DNA of 64,000 bases from Pseudomonadota bacterium (GCA_028873515.1 JAGWIG010000010.1:5642-69641); one strand, 5' to 3'. Shown: positions 36,800-49,419, counted from the first letter of the stretch. The notes: a model not told the origin generated them from the letters alone. A program made the numbers and translations.

Positions 36800-37822
36800 T
36801 TACATTTCCTTTTCACGAGTTAAACCTGTCTAACAGACAGAAAATGGATAAATGGGCGGGCTACAACCCGCCTTGTCTTCACAAATCAACCTTCCTGCCA
36901 GTTCCAACACACCGGGTACCTGGAAATAATGGCCTGAAATCAACCCTGAACAGAAGGTTTGACCGAACACCCCCTTCCTGCCTGAATTTTTCATCAACGT
37001 GACCGAAACCAGGTCTGTCTGAGAATATGTTTTATCTGGATCTTCTTTTTATTACCCTGAATAAAACCGTAATCGCTGTCGAATCAATCATCCCGAAGGA
37101 AAACCAGGTTGCTGCTGTGAAATCCGGGCCAATCCTTTCTGCTTCAACTCCCGGCTTATGCAACACACCCATGCTGTTTTCCTAGTCTGAGCCATGGTAA
37201 TCATGAAACCTGAAACATGCCGGGTTCAGCCAATAAAACCGGAAAACACCATTGCATTACAAAGAGCCTGCTTTCTGGCTTGGCGCCATCAGCAACAAAG
37301 GGATAGGGATTCAATTGAATCTTAAGATATGTCAACTGAAAAACGTACATAACTGTCCTGACTTACTCTCACCCGGATCGATCAAACGGATTTCAATCCT
37401 GAAGGCTGTTGCTCCATGACTCACTTTTGGCAGCGTACGTCTGATAATCCGTTTAGACCCTGGCAAAAGAAAACAGGAGTGCCTTCTTCATTTCTTTTCT
37501 CATTAATTAAATCAACGTGATTTTCTGCTCTATTGAGCGTAGATATTCTATAAGGTTTTCACCAGAAAAATTTGATGTACATCACTTAAAATGAACAATT
37601 AGGATGTAATCCGATGAATTCCGGGCACGCAAATTCACTACGGAACAAAAGATTAGGCAATCACGCATAGACCTTCTTTGAATTTTTTCTTCCTGTTGCC
37701 CGGTGGGCCCTCAATATCCAGTTAATCCACTTTTGCCATCAAATGAATATCCAGTATCATGGGAACCAGCTCTTAAATCTTGCCACTCTTGAGTCAATAC
37801 AATCAGGAATATTGGAGTTTTG

Positions 37823-38614
37823 ATGAAAAAAACCGATACTGCATATCCCTCAAAACCCAAACTGAAAATTTACAAGCAGGAACTGCATAATCTGCAGATA
37901 GAGCTGGTCAAGCTGCAAAAACATATCATCAGCAACCAGCTGCGTATTGTCGTAATATTTGAAGGGCGTGATGCGGCAGGCAAGGACGGAACCATCAAAC
38001 GGATTACCGAGCACCTGTCTCCACGTGAAACGAGAGTGGTCGCCTTAGGCAAACCCAACGGCCATGATGAAAGCAGCTGGTATTTCCAGCGTTACGTCCG
38101 CTACCTGCCCTCGGCCCAGGAGATGGTCCTGTTTAACCGAAGCTGGTATAACCGGGCTGGAGTTGAACGGGTAATGGAATTTTGCAGTTCCTCGCAGTAT
38201 GAGGAGTTCATGACCATGGTCCCGGTATTCGAACAGATGCTGGTTCATGATGGCATCCAGCTGTTCAAGTATTACCTCGATATCAGCCAGAAGGAACAGG
38301 AAGAACGACTCAAATCCAGAAGAACAGATCCCTTGACGCAATGGAAGACAAGCCCCATTGATGCAGTGGCGCTACGGCACTGGAATGACTACTCCTTAGC
38401 AAGGAATGAAATGTTTGCCCGCTCCCACTCAACCCTTGCACCCTGGACTGTCGTCCGGGCCAATATCAAGGAACTCGCCAGACTTAATGTCATCCGGGAT
38501 CTCTTGAGTCGCACGGAATATAAAGGAAAAACCCCCGGTCACATCCTGCCGGATCCGGCCATTGTCTTTCCCTATCAGGACGAAGCACTAAAAAGTGGGC
38601 TTATCGAACCCTGA
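37823..38614 (+). CDS. ppk2: Polyphosphate kinase 2 (PPK2)
   Basis: Walker A FEGRDAAGKDGTIKRI and PPK2 lid/core motifs (FNRSWYNRAGVERV). Confidence 0.85.
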   Translation: MKKTDTAYPSKPKLKIYKQELHNLQIELVKLQKHIISNQLRIVVIFEGRDAAGKDGTIKRITEHLSPRETRVVALGKPNGHDESSWYFQRYVRYLPSAQEMVLFNRSWYNRAGVERVMEFCSSSQYEEFMTMVPVFEQMLVHDGIQLFKYYLDISQKEQEERLKSRRTDPLTQWKTSPIDAVALRHWNDYSLARNEMFARSHSTLAPWTVVRANIKELARLNVIRDLLSRTEYKGKTPGHILPDPAIVFPYQDEALKSGLIEP

Positions 38615-38620
38615 ACTTGC

Positions 38621-39019
38621 TCATGGCAAACCCAGTTTCCTGTGTTCCAGCATCATGCAACGGTCCATGACTACCTCAAGACCCGCATCCAGGGCACGCT
38701 TTGCCCCGGCCTCGCTTATGACTCCAAACTGCATCCAGACTGCCTTGGCACCCATCCGGATAGCCGAATCAACAATGGCGGGAACTTCAGTTGAAGCACG
38801 AAAAATATCAACAATATCCACAGGGCCGGGAATGTCTTCAAGACGTGAATAAGCGGTCTCTCCCAATACCGTCTTGATATTCGGATTAACTGGAAAAATC
38901 TGGTAACCCCGGGATTTCAGATAACGGGCAACCTTGTAACTGTCCCGTTCAGGTCGATCGCTCAAACCAACAACTGCAATAGTATGAGATGAAGATAAAA
39001 GATGGGGAATATCAGTCAT
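38621..39019 (-). CDS. CoA-binding domain protein (YccU-like)
   Basis: IAVVGLSDRPERDSYKVARYLKSRGYQIFPVNP. Start chosen at ATG 39019, which overlaps the stop of the upstream GT9 gene (ATGA). Confidence 0.7.
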   Translation of the reverse strand: MTDIPHLLSSSHTIAVVGLSDRPERDSYKVARYLKSRGYQIFPVNPNIKTVLGETAYSRLEDIPGPVDIVDIFRASTEVPAIVDSAIRMGAKAVWMQFGVISEAGAKRALDAGLEVVMDRCMMLEHRKLGLP

Positions 39020-40104
39020 GATCTGCTTTCTTCCAGAATCCGCCTTACAGTGCGAATGACACGCTGGGGAGACATTTCCTTCAAGCAATCGGAATCGCTA
39101 TCCTCACGACGTTGGCATCCTTCAAGATGACATGGAACACAGCTTCCCTCACCTTGCAGAAGATAAACATTACCCCGCCACTGCGTTCCAACCCTCTCAA
39201 AAGGATTGGAACTGACTGACCAGCCTTTAGGCCAGGGGGCCCACTTAACCGGATTGGTCGGACCAAACAGGGCAAGAGTCGGAACCCCGGTTGCTGCAGC
39301 AAGATGCGTGACAACTGTATCCGTACCGACATACAGCCTGGATCGGGAAACAAGATAGGCCACCTGTCCAAAATTCAGGATACCAGCGAGATTCAATGTC
39401 TTTGGGGGCAACCTTGCTATAACTGACTCAATCATAGCACATTCCATGGCCCGATCACTGCCTGTGAACACAACCTGAAAGCCCATGCCAATAAGCCAGT
39501 CAGCCAGGGTCACCCAACCTTCCATATGCCAGGCCTTGTAGGTAAACTGGGGCACCATATGCAAAACGACATAAGGTTTACCTGGATCAAAATTATCAAA
39601 GGTATTAAAAATAACCGCATCCTGATCATTAAATCCTGCCATTACCGTTCCATCTGCAGGGAGATTCAGTTTTTGGGCCAGAGCCAGATTCATCCGCACC
39701 GTATGGGTCGTCTCATCATCAAAAGAAACAGCCATATGCAAAAGGTGGCTTTTAAATCGATGTTTTTCATCTATCATCCCGATTCTTAACCTTCCGGCTG
39801 CAAAGGCGTAAAGCACAGGCCGATCTCCGCTCTGTGTTGAAATGGCCCAGTCATACTTGCGCCATATACGCCACAGGAACGCCAGATGACTAAAAAATGA
39901 AGGCCTTTCCTGAATGGTCAGGATTTGATCAATATCCGTATTACGGGAAATGATACCGCGGGTGGAGGCAAACACGAGCATATCAATTCGTGCATGGGGA
40001 AACGCCTTACGTAAAGTATGTACAAGCGGGGTGGCCAGTAGGACATCCCCATTACGACGGGTACAGATGACCAGTATTTTATCCGGTATACTAGTCATGG
40101 CCAT
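39016..40104 (-). CDS. Glycosyltransferase family 9 (LPS heptosyltransferase-like)
   Basis: KILVICTRRNGDVLLATPL N-terminus and GTDTVVTHLAAATGVPTLALFGPT C-terminal GT9 signature. Internal ATG 40104 chosen inside the 39016-40260 ORF. Confidence 0.75.
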   Translation of the reverse strand: MAMTSIPDKILVICTRRNGDVLLATPLVHTLRKAFPHARIDMLVFASTRGIISRNTDIDQILTIQERPSFFSHLAFLWRIWRKYDWAISTQSGDRPVLYAFAAGRLRIGMIDEKHRFKSHLLHMAVSFDDETTHTVRMNLALAQKLNLPADGTVMAGFNDQDAVIFNTFDNFDPGKPYVVLHMVPQFTYKAWHMEGWVTLADWLIGMGFQVVFTGSDRAMECAMIESVIARLPPKTLNLAGILNFGQVAYLVSRSRLYVGTDTVVTHLAAATGVPTLALFGPTNPVKWAPWPKGWSVSSNPFERVGTQWRGNVYLLQGEGSCVPCHLEGCQRREDSDSDCLKEMSPQRVIRTVRRILEESRS

Positions 40105-40906
40105 ATTGATCCAGACCCGATTCGGACCAAAAGAGATCTGATGCAAGCAGACGATCGAACCTGCCTTGATTCTCAGGAAGCTGTACCCGGTCACTTTGAG
40201 GGTGCCACAAATGCCAGACAAAGGCTCCAAATCGTGCATTTTTATGATAAATTCCGGCATGGATAAGCCTGACAGCCAGATCTGAATCTTCTAGCCCCCA
40301 CCCTGAATAACTTTCATCGAATCCATTAATTCTCAACAGATCATGACGCCATGCAGAAAGATTCGCCGTAACACACCCCTGCCAGCGACGTGGTGCCCAT
40401 TTCCGCCATGCTCCATCAGGCAGGCAGAAAAAAGGTAATAACCGGTTGATGTCGCGGCGCACCCAGTGACCCAGCCAGCAGCTTAGAGACCAACCTGAAA
40501 TCAGGAATTCATTCCTGAGAATCCGCTGAGTCAGGGTTCCATTGAGAAGCACGCGGTTACCAGACAAAAACCAGCCTGGCTCAGCCATTAGCCGATGCCG
40601 GGCCACAAAATGACGTGAGGGAATACAGTCCCCGTCTGTAAAAATAATATAGTCAGACGAAGTTGCTGCAATGGCCCGGTTGCGAATGGCAGCAGCACGA
40701 AATCCTTGATCTTCCTGCCAGACATGAATCAGCTCAAACGGTAAACCTGTTCGCAGGCTATCAATCAAATTCCGAGTGGATCGGGCTGAACCGTCGTCAG
40801 CAACAATCACGTCAAAATCAGTATCGCTCTGCAGGGCATAACCTTGCAGTACCGCTTTTAATGCCTGGGGGTTATTGTAGGTCGTCACGATGACGCTGAT
40901 ATGCAT
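40091..40906 (-). CDS. Glycosyltransferase family 2
   Basis: ISVIVTTYNNPQALKAVL...DVIVADDGS...FTDGDCIP (DxD). Confidence 0.75.
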   Translation of the reverse strand: MHISVIVTTYNNPQALKAVLQGYALQSDTDFDVIVADDGSARSTRNLIDSLRTGLPFELIHVWQEDQGFRAAAIRNRAIAATSSDYIIFTDGDCIPSRHFVARHRLMAEPGWFLSGNRVLLNGTLTQRILRNEFLISGWSLSCWLGHWVRRDINRLLPFFCLPDGAWRKWAPRRWQGCVTANLSAWRHDLLRINGFDESYSGWGLEDSDLAVRLIHAGIYHKNARFGAFVWHLWHPQSDRVQLPENQGRFDRLLASDLFWSESGLDQYGHD

Positions 40907-41654
40907 CCGCTGGTTTCCTGTCCAACAACATCCGCTTTACATAACGATAATAGGTGCCTTCGGCATTCGATACCGCCAGCATGAATCCTTCGGTTCCATC
41001 CAGAAAGCCGCGCCGAATGAAATAGGTCCTCGTAAAGGCCCAGAAACCATGTAATACCGCCTTGCATAAACCGCCCCGCCTGTTCTTGCGCCCCATCTCC
41101 AAAGCACCGGCAGTAGAATAGGCATTAACCTTTGCAAGAACCGCTTCCAGATCCCTGAAACTATGATGCTGGAGAGGCTCATCAAGTTTGCCGATCATGC
41201 CTTCTACAATCAGTGTCTCATGAACCAGAACGTCACTGAAACGGCCATGTCCACGCAAGAACAGCCTCGTGACATAATCTGGCCACCAGCCTCCATGACG
41301 CATGAGACGCCCACAATAACTTGAAGCACGTGGCATCTGGAAAGCTACTTTTCCGGCAGGATTTCTAATTGCCTGGATAATTTCGGCACGCAGGGCTTCG
41401 CTAACTATTTCATCCGCATCTATCGAAAGCACCCAATCCCCTGTCGCCATGGAAATGGCCCTGTTTTTCTGGGGACCAAACCCTGGCCAGTCTGTCACTT
41501 TCACACGTGCCCCATATTCCTCACAAATCCTGACAGTTTCATCGCTGCTGCCTGAATCAAGCACCACAATCTCATCCGCAAAGATAACAGACTCAAGACA
41601 GTCCCGAATACATAAAGCTTCATTTTTAGTAATAATCGTCACAGTCAGGCTCAT
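40872..41654 (-). CDS. Glycosyltransferase family 2 (LPS core, KdtX/WaaE-like)
   Basis: LTVTIITKNEALCIRDCLESV...EIVVLDSGSSDET...SIDADE. ATG 41654 overlaps the stop of the upstream ligase gene. Confidence 0.75.
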   Translation of the reverse strand: MSLTVTIITKNEALCIRDCLESVIFADEIVVLDSGSSDETVRICEEYGARVKVTDWPGFGPQKNRAISMATGDWVLSIDADEIVSEALRAEIIQAIRNPAGKVAFQMPRASSYCGRLMRHGGWWPDYVTRLFLRGHGRFSDVLVHETLIVEGMIGKLDEPLQHHSFRDLEAVLAKVNAYSTAGALEMGRKNRRGGLCKAVLHGFWAFTRTYFIRRGFLDGTEGFMLAVSNAEGTYYRYVKRMLLDRKPADAYQRHRDDLQ

Positions 41655-42886
41655 GTTTTCTTCCAAACTCCAGGCAAACTGGAAAAAAACAGGGCAGAAA
41701 ACCAGGCAAAACACAGGCTCTCCGTATGACTTAACAGAACCGCATCAACCATTCCCCCACTCATATAAAGAATGACAAGTCCGCGAGCAAGGTTTCTTTC
41801 CCTGTCACCTAATTCCTGTGATGCCCTCCAGGAACAAAGGTAGAGATAAAACAGGGCTACCAGACCAACTGCCCCCAACTGCACGGCAATAAGCAGATAA
41901 TCATTATGAGGGTTGTCCGTTGCAACCTGGCCGGTTCCCGCAACTTTTCCCTGGTAGGCTGCCATGAAGCTGCCTGTGCCCACACCAGAAAGCGGGTGCT
42001 CCTTCCATATTTGCAGGCTGTTTTCATAAAAATCAAGACGCAGCCCTATCGAATCGTACTGGTTTGCAACCGGGTTTCTCTCCCATTTCAGCACCTGGGA
42101 TCTGGCAAGCATGATACCGTGCTCAAATCGATGCGAATAGTGAAAGGCTGCGAATCCGGCCATGACAATCAATATAAGGCCGCCCCATAATCCCCAGGAT
42201 TTCGCATGGGCAAACAGGAATGCTGCATAAAGGGCAAGCAGGGCAAGTGTCAGATAGCCTGTACGGCCTGGCACCAGAAAAACGATGCTGTAGATAGCAG
42301 GCAGGGCCAGGGCCACCCAACCAAGACGCGGCATTCCCTTTGATTGCACAGCACGGAGAAGCCAGACAAACACAGCAAAGGACATCAAGAAATTCTGGGT
42401 AATATGATCCTTGAATGGCTCCGGCTCACCAGGTTGGCCATGTAAATGCAGGATTTCAGGATGAAGCAGGCCAAAGGCAATAAGGAAAGTTAAAACCAGG
42501 GTTAGCCCCATTGCCCACAAAAAAGCATTGAGCATGCGGGTTTTTAGCCTGGGCTCGTCAGGGATAAGTCCCACAAATAATCCGATCAACAGGAATACCT
42601 TCAGCTTGAAAAGCATATTGAGAGCATCGGCAACGCGTCCGGGCCCATGAAAGGAACCCAGGACAAGCAGCAGAAAAAGAATCAGTCCTGCCCTTGCAAC
42701 GGGGTTACGCCACATAAGACGCCATTTTTCTGCGTAACTGCCACCTAGAATCCAGCAAAGCAGGATAAGCCCGAGCAGGATATTATCCGAAACCACTGAA
42801 ACCGGTATGGAAAATCCAAGCAAAACAAGCAGGACAGGCGCACCGGTCCTGGCCTGTGTTCTAATTGTATTCACGAATCCCTGCAC
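41651..42886 (-). CDS. O-antigen ligase family (Wzy_C/WaaL-like) membrane protein
   Basis: 411-aa protein with about 10-12 TM helices and a periplasmic-loop motif ...TDNPHNDYLLIAVQLG (H-N-x-Y/L typical of Wzy_C). Confidence 0.7.
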   Translation of the reverse strand: MQGFVNTIRTQARTGAPVLLVLLGFSIPVSVVSDNILLGLILLCWILGGSYAEKWRLMWRNPVARAGLILFLLLVLGSFHGPGRVADALNMLFKLKVFLLIGLFVGLIPDEPRLKTRMLNAFLWAMGLTLVLTFLIAFGLLHPEILHLHGQPGEPEPFKDHITQNFLMSFAVFVWLLRAVQSKGMPRLGWVALALPAIYSIVFLVPGRTGYLTLALLALYAAFLFAHAKSWGLWGGLILIVMAGFAAFHYSHRFEHGIMLARSQVLKWERNPVANQYDSIGLRLDFYENSLQIWKEHPLSGVGTGSFMAAYQGKVAGTGQVATDNPHNDYLLIAVQLGAVGLVALFYLYLCSWRASQELGDRERNLARGLVILYMSGGMVDAVLLSHTESLCFAWFSALFFSSLPGVWKKT

Positions 42887-42951
42887 ACTGGACCTTCTGT
42901 TTGAGCGGCGCTACAAACCGCAGATGAAAAGATTATAACCAAACTCATGTG

Positions 42952-43725
42952 TTATCGCCTGGCAAGAAGTACTGGGTTGATCGCTTCCAGAGTAGTTACA
43001 TACCCTTCCAGATCCAGTCCAAATATGGGTTGCATGTCCCTTGCGCGTTGCAGGAGTTCAGCAGGCGATGGGAAATTGCTGCTTTTCAGGCCAAAAACAA
43101 TCACATTGCCTCTTACCTGCGCAGGCAGGCATAGTATTTTTCCATCAAACGCTGCCCTGATGAGTTCCAGTTTATCCCTAAACCGAGAATCACTACCCCA
43201 AAGGTTGACTGCCACTACTCCTTTGTCACGCAGGGCGCGCAGGCAATCAAGATAAAACAGTTCCGATCCAAGCATCGGGGCCAGGTCATTGCCATCGAAG
43301 GCATCCACAAAAATGACATCTGCAGCATGGGGACGTATTGCAATATAGGCCGCTCCATCCTCAATATGCACAACATGGCGCTCATCTTCAGGCAGATTGA
43401 ACCAGGCCCTTGCTGCATGAAGAACCTCTTCGTTACACTCGATACTCTTCAAATTAGCCTCAGGTATCCTTGCATGCAGGAAACGGACTATTGAACCCCC
43501 ACCAAGTCCGATCATCAGGATATCACGCGGGTTTTCACAAAAAAGCGTAAAAGCCATCATGCAACGGGTGTATTCAAGCTCCAGCCGGTCAGGGGCCTGA
43601 ATGCGCATGGCACTTTGCACATGTGGTGTACCGAGGTGCAGGCTGCGTACACCCCTGTGTTCCTGGACCTGCACCCCTGGCGCAATATCCTGCCGGTGAC
43701 GGATGAATCTGTTAAACATTCGCAT
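42952..43725 (-). CDS. Spermidine-synthase-like SAM-dependent transferase
   Basis: ILMIGLGGGS SAM-binding motif and VIFVDAFDG, as in the spermine/spermidine synthase family. Confidence 0.65.
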   Translation of the reverse strand: MRMFNRFIRHRQDIAPGVQVQEHRGVRSLHLGTPHVQSAMRIQAPDRLELEYTRCMMAFTLFCENPRDILMIGLGGGSIVRFLHARIPEANLKSIECNEEVLHAARAWFNLPEDERHVVHIEDGAAYIAIRPHAADVIFVDAFDGNDLAPMLGSELFYLDCLRALRDKGVVAVNLWGSDSRFRDKLELIRAAFDGKILCLPAQVRGNVIVFGLKSSNFPSPAELLQRARDMQPIFGLDLEGYVTTLEAINPVLLARR

Positions 43726-43892
43726 TTGGCAATCACTTTAAAATGCCGGAGTACAAGGCCCGACAGCAAAAACGCCTGGTTAGCGGGCAATATGCACACC
43801 TGCCATGTCCATACAGTCCACCCCCTGAACCGGGAGGATTTCTGGACAATCTGTTAAAATGCATTCCTTTGCATTGTATCGGAAAATAACTC

Positions 43893-45611
43893 ATGCGCGT
43901 TTCTGAATTTTTTCTCTCGACCCTCAAGGAGGCTCCAAGTGAAGCCGAACTTCCCAGCCACAAGCTGATGCTTCGTGCTGGCCTGATTCGCAGGCTTTCA
44001 AGTGGGCTTTATTCCTGGATGCCTCTGGGACTTCGAGTGCTCCGCAAGGTGGAAACCATCGTGCGGGAAGAAATGAACCGGGCTGGTGCCATAGAACTCC
44101 TGATGCCAGCCGTGCAGCCCGCAGAGCTCTGGCAGGAAACGAAACGCTGGCAAAAATACGGACCTGAGCTTTTGCGCATAAAAGATCGACATGAACGCGA
44201 TTACTGTTTCGGGCCGACACATGAGGAAGTCATCACCGATATCGCCCGTCGGGAAATCCGCAGTTATCGGCAGCTACCTGTCAATTTCTATCAGATTCAA
44301 AATAAATTCCGTGATGAAATCCGACCCCGTTTCGGGGTTATGAGGGCTCGTGAATTCATTATGAAAGATGCCTACTCCTTTCATCCTGACCAGTCCAGCC
44401 TGAACACCACCTATACCCGCATGCATGAGGCCTATATACGTATTTTCAGCCGCCTTGACCTTGAATTCAGGGCAGTTGCCGCTGATACCGGATCAATCGG
44501 AGGCACAGGTTCGCATGAGTTCCATGTGCTAGCTGATTGTGGAGAGGATTCGATTGCCTACTGTCCGACATCGGGTTATGCGGCCAACATCGAGCTTGCT
44601 GAAGCCATGGCAGTAAAAAACATGTCAGAAAATCCATCGGAACCCCTGGAAAAAATTGCAACACCTGGTGTAAAAAGTATTGAAGATGTCAGCCAGTTTT
44701 TCAAAACTGAATCCTGCCATGCAGTCAAAACACTCATCATTGAAAATGACCATGGTGATTTTGCAGCGCTGCTGTTACGGGGCGATCATGAACTCAACGA
44801 AATCAAGGCTGCCAAAATCCCTGCTGTAGGAGGCAGCTTCCGCTTGGCCAGTGAAGAATCCGTCCGGAAAATCACAGGCGCCAGTTCTGGATCCCTGGGC
44901 CCCCTGGGGCTTTCCATCCCGCTTATCGCCGACCGTTCAGTAGCCCTGCTTGAAAATTTCATTGCGGGCGCAAACGAAGATGGATTCCATTATCAGCATG
45001 TCAGTTTTTCCCGGGATCTGTCCCATGCAGTGATTGCAGACATCCGGAATGTTCAGGAAGGGGATCCCAGCCCGGACTGCAAAGGGAAGTTATCCCTGTG
45101 CAGAGGAATTGAAGTCGGCCATATATTCCAGCTGGGTACCCGCTATTCAGAGGCAATGAACGCAACCTTCCTGGACGAGGCGGGACAGGCGAAACCCCTT
45201 GTAATGGGTTGCTATGGCATAGGGGTTTCCCGTATTGTCGGTGCTGCGATTGAACAATGCAATGATGAAAAGGGAATACGCTGGCCTGTCGCGATGGCCC
45301 CTTTTACAGTCGCTATCTGTCCTATCGGTCTCAAAAAAAGTGAACCGGTCAGAACCGCCACTGAAACTCTATACCAGAAGCTGACAGAACAAGGGATTGA
45401 AGTCCTGCTTGATGACCGGGATGAACGCCCAGGAGTCATGTTCGCAGATATGGAACTGATTGGCATTCCTTACCGCGTGACGATAGGGGAACGCAACCTT
45501 GGAAATGGGCTGGTGGAATTCATGACACGCAATGGCGAATCCAGTGAACTTCTCGCTTTGCAAGAAGTAGCAGGCCGCATACAATCACAAATAACTCAAA
45601 AAAATCACTAG
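43893..45611 (+). CDS. proS: Prolyl-tRNA synthetase
   Basis: [19 protein letters not shown]..., class II motifs, a bacterial-type INS editing domain, and 572 aa length. Confidence 0.95.
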   Translation: MRVSEFFLSTLKEAPSEAELPSHKLMLRAGLIRRLSSGLYSWMPLGLRVLRKVETIVREEMNRAGAIELLMPAVQPAELWQETKRWQKYGPELLRIKDRHERDYCFGPTHEEVITDIARREIRSYRQLPVNFYQIQNKFRDEIRPRFGVMRAREFIMKDAYSFHPDQSSLNTTYTRMHEAYIRIFSRLDLEFRAVAADTGSIGGTGSHEFHVLADCGEDSIAYCPTSGYAANIELAEAMAVKNMSENPSEPLEKIATPGVKSIEDVSQFFKTESCHAVKTLIIENDHGDFAALLLRGDHELNEIKAAKIPAVGGSFRLASEESVRKITGASSGSLGPLGLSIPLIADRSVALLENFIAGANEDGFHYQHVSFSRDLSHAVIADIRNVQEGDPSPDCKGKLSLCRGIEVGHIFQLGTRYSEAMNATFLDEAGQAKPLVMGCYGIGVSRIVGAAIEQCNDEKGIRWPVAMAPFTVAICPIGLKKSEPVRTATETLYQKLTEQGIEVLLDDRDERPGVMFADMELIGIPYRVTIGERNLGNGLVEFMTRNGESSELLALQEVAGRIQSQITQKNH

Positions 45612-45622
45612 CAGGAGAAACT

Positions 45623-46240
45623 TTGCGGCTGAGCACCATTATTTCCAGCTTTTGTTTATGCCTCCTGGCTCCCTGCGCCTCGGCGCAATCACTTGAAACC
45701 ATGAGTGCGAGCGTACGAGTGGCCCTATCCAACGCCATTGATGCGCCAGTCAATCTTGACAATGATCCAGGATTTCAGTCCCGGAAGGAAAAGGATATCT
45801 GGATTGACAGCATGTCTGTCCGTCTCAGGCATAGCATCCCGGATAAATTCATGCGGCGCCGGTTTCTTACGGTGCTTCATTACGAGGCAGATCGGGCAGG
45901 CCTCGATCCCCAGTTGGTACTGGGTCTTATCCAGGTTGAAAGCGGATTCAATCAGTATGCCATTTCAAGCTCCAGCGCAATAGGGTATATGCAGGTCATG
46001 CCATTCTGGATCAGGCAAATTGGTGAAAAAGGACAGGATCTGTTTAACCTGGAAACCAACCTTCGTTATGGCTGCACCATCCTGCGCCATTACATTGATG
46101 CCGAGCATGGCAATCTCTACATGGCTCTAGGGCACTACAATGGCACACCAGGCCGGGCTCATTATCCCGAACAGGTCCTCGCCGCATGGAAACACCGCTG
46201 GAACTGGTCAAACGATCTCATCCTTGCTACCTATCACTGA
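45623..46240 (+). CDS. Lytic transglycosylase (SLT domain), secreted
   Basis: Signal peptide and the catalytic motif LIQVESGFNQYAISSSSAIGYMQVMP. Confidence 0.8.
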   Translation: MRLSTIISSFCLCLLAPCASAQSLETMSASVRVALSNAIDAPVNLDNDPGFQSRKEKDIWIDSMSVRLRHSIPDKFMRRRFLTVLHYEADRAGLDPQLVLGLIQVESGFNQYAISSSSAIGYMQVMPFWIRQIGEKGQDLFNLETNLRYGCTILRHYIDAEHGNLYMALGHYNGTPGRAHYPEQVLAAWKHRWNWSNDLILATYH

Positions 46241-46680
46241 CCTGCAGGTTTCTCCCCGATCTCGGCGGCATCAGGCAACCATAGATTGCGGGCCAAACGC
46301 GGAGTAAACCGGGCCACAAGACATATGGATGAAATACCAATCACCGAACAGGCAAACAGGAATACCCCATATCCGCGTGGATAATCATGAAGGCTTACCT
46401 CTATCCCGGCAACAAGCGTGCCGAGCATCAGCGTCACCATACGCCAGACCATGAGATAAGGAGTCACCCGCAATCTGGCCAGACTTCCCAGCATAAGCAG
46501 GGCAAAAACGGAAAAACCGAAACCATAGCTGAAGCGGGCATATTCTGCGGGTAAATGACGATGGGCAAATGCCCATTGATTGAAAAGAAAAAGGGATACA
46601 AGCCAGACAAGCATCAACAAGAGCCATTTGAAGCGTCCGGGTCTGGAATCAGGCAATCCTACCTCCGCTTGCTCGGACAT
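46234..46680 (-). CDS. Hypothetical membrane protein
   Basis: 148-aa ORF with 4 hydrophobic helices. No family recognised. Confidence 0.4.
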   Translation of the reverse strand: MSEQAEVGLPDSRPGRFKWLLLMLVWLVSLFLFNQWAFAHRHLPAEYARFSYGFGFSVFALLMLGSLARLRVTPYLMVWRMVTLMLGTLVAGIEVSLHDYPRGYGVFLFACSVIGISSICLVARFTPRLARNLWLPDAAEIGEKPAGQ

Positions 46681-47261
46681 ACTGCATGCAGGGCATCAAG
46701 TGCTGCAGAACCTTTATGGGCATCCAGATAGGATCTGACCTGCCTCAGGACATGTTGAGCTGCACTGCCATGAGCCTTGCACACCCTAAGTTCAGCCTCG
46801 GCCCTTTCCAGCTCGCCCTGATTGACCGCTTCGTCAGCAAGTTTGGTAGCCAGCTGGGCATCCAGTATGGCCTGGTCAGGATCCTCAGTAACAAGGGATC
46901 GGGCTTCACGCAACAAGACTTCGACCTGAATTGGCAAATACCCCATTGAATTCGCTGCATTTGCTGCCTGCTCGGCTTGCTGGATAGCCTGGGCGATAAG
47001 GAGAGCCTCGCTCGCCTTGTCCCGGGCAAGCAACGCCCAGTCTTTTGCCTTGCTGTAATCGCCCAAGGCAAGATTAACTTCAGCACCACTCAGGGCAGCC
47101 TGGGCTTCATTCATCTGCTCTGCGGCATAAGGGGCTGCACCGACCTGCTCCGCAGCCCGGATAGCCGACCGGGCATCAGCCATTTCCTGGGTCGGCGCAC
47201 TCGCACACGAAGCGAGCAGTAAAACAAGCAAGCCAATAAGCCACAAACGAATTGCGCGCAT
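46659..47261 (-). CDS. DUF4398-like Ala/Gln-rich lipoprotein
   Basis: Start at ATG 47261 gives MRAIRLWLIGLLVLLLASC (lipobox), followed by helical Ala-rich repeats. The 345-aa ORF-track version is an upstream over-extension. Confidence 0.6.
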   Translation of the reverse strand: MRAIRLWLIGLLVLLLASCASAPTQEMADARSAIRAAEQVGAAPYAAEQMNEAQAALSGAEVNLALGDYSKAKDWALLARDKASEALLIAQAIQQAEQAANAANSMGYLPIQVEVLLREARSLVTEDPDQAILDAQLATKLADEAVNQGELERAEAELRVCKAHGSAAQHVLRQVRSYLDAHKGSAALDALHAVCPSKRR

Positions 47262-47266
47262 TATGA

Positions 47267-48652
<1,386 letters not shown>

Positions 48653-48659
<7 letters not shown>

Positions 48660-49000
48660 TTCATCGACTACACCTGCTCGCATCCATCAGCCTTGTGAGC
48701 CTTATCCTGCTTACCTTGGGCTGGGAAACCGTATTTGCCCCACTAAAACCCGGTGGATCCTGGATGGTATTGAAAACCCTTCCCCTTCTTTTTATTCTTC
48801 CAGGTATCCTGCGGGGTCGACTCTATACCTGCCAGTATGCGTCCATGCTCATCCTTGCCTATTTTGCAGAAGGAGTGGTGAGAACCTTGACCGATCAGGG
48901 ACTTTCTGCCCATCTTGCAGCAGTTGAAATCCTCCTGAGCCTGACTTTTTTTATTGGGGATATTTTTTTCGTTAAATTAAGCAAACGCCTGCCGGCCTGA
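48653..49000 (+). CDS. DUF2069-like small membrane protein
   Basis: 115 aa with 4 TM helices. Overlaps the upstream stop by 7 nt. Confidence 0.5.
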
Positions 49001-49067
49001 TGCTCTTCAGTAAGAGACAGCCATGGCCAGCCCAGGTTAAACAATCTTTTCAGTTGCGGAGACAATC

Positions 49068-49400
49068 ATGGATAATACGCTAACAGGACTTGCCTCGGAA
49101 TCCTGCCAAACCAGCCCCATCCGGATTACGGACCCAGAATCCGGGAAACTCCTAGAAACCCTTTCTGGATGGGTTTTACTTAATCACGCCATCAGCAAGG
49201 ACTTTACCTTCAGGAATTTCAGCCAGGTGATGGGGTTTGTCAATTCAGTTGCCTGGATTGCACAACGCCAAAATCACCATCCAGATGTAACATTTAGCTA
49301 CAATACCGTAAAAATCCGCTTTTCCACCCACTCATCAGGAGGATTGACCCGTAACGATTTTATCTGCGCTGCAAAAGTTGAAAGTCTGTTACAAATCTAA
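49068..49400 (+). CDS. phhB: Pterin-4-alpha-carbinolamine dehydratase
   Basis: ...[42 protein letters not shown]. Confidence 0.85.
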   Translation: MDNTLTGLASESCQTSPIRITDPESGKLLETLSGWVLLNHAISKDFTFRNFSQVMGFVNSVAWIAQRQNHHPDVTFSYNTVKIRFSTHSSGGLTRNDFICAAKVESLLQI

Positions 49401-49419
49401 AAAAAAACCAGGGTTCAAG

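Noticed and set aside
39016-42886. LPS-core/O-antigen-ligase cluster (GT9, two GT2, WaaL-like, with a co-transcribed CoA-binding protein) considered as a novel system.
   Set aside because: All members have ordinary family signatures, and the overlaps are typical operon coupling. The only mildly odd member is the YccU-like CoA-binding gene.

That is insufficient for a finding.
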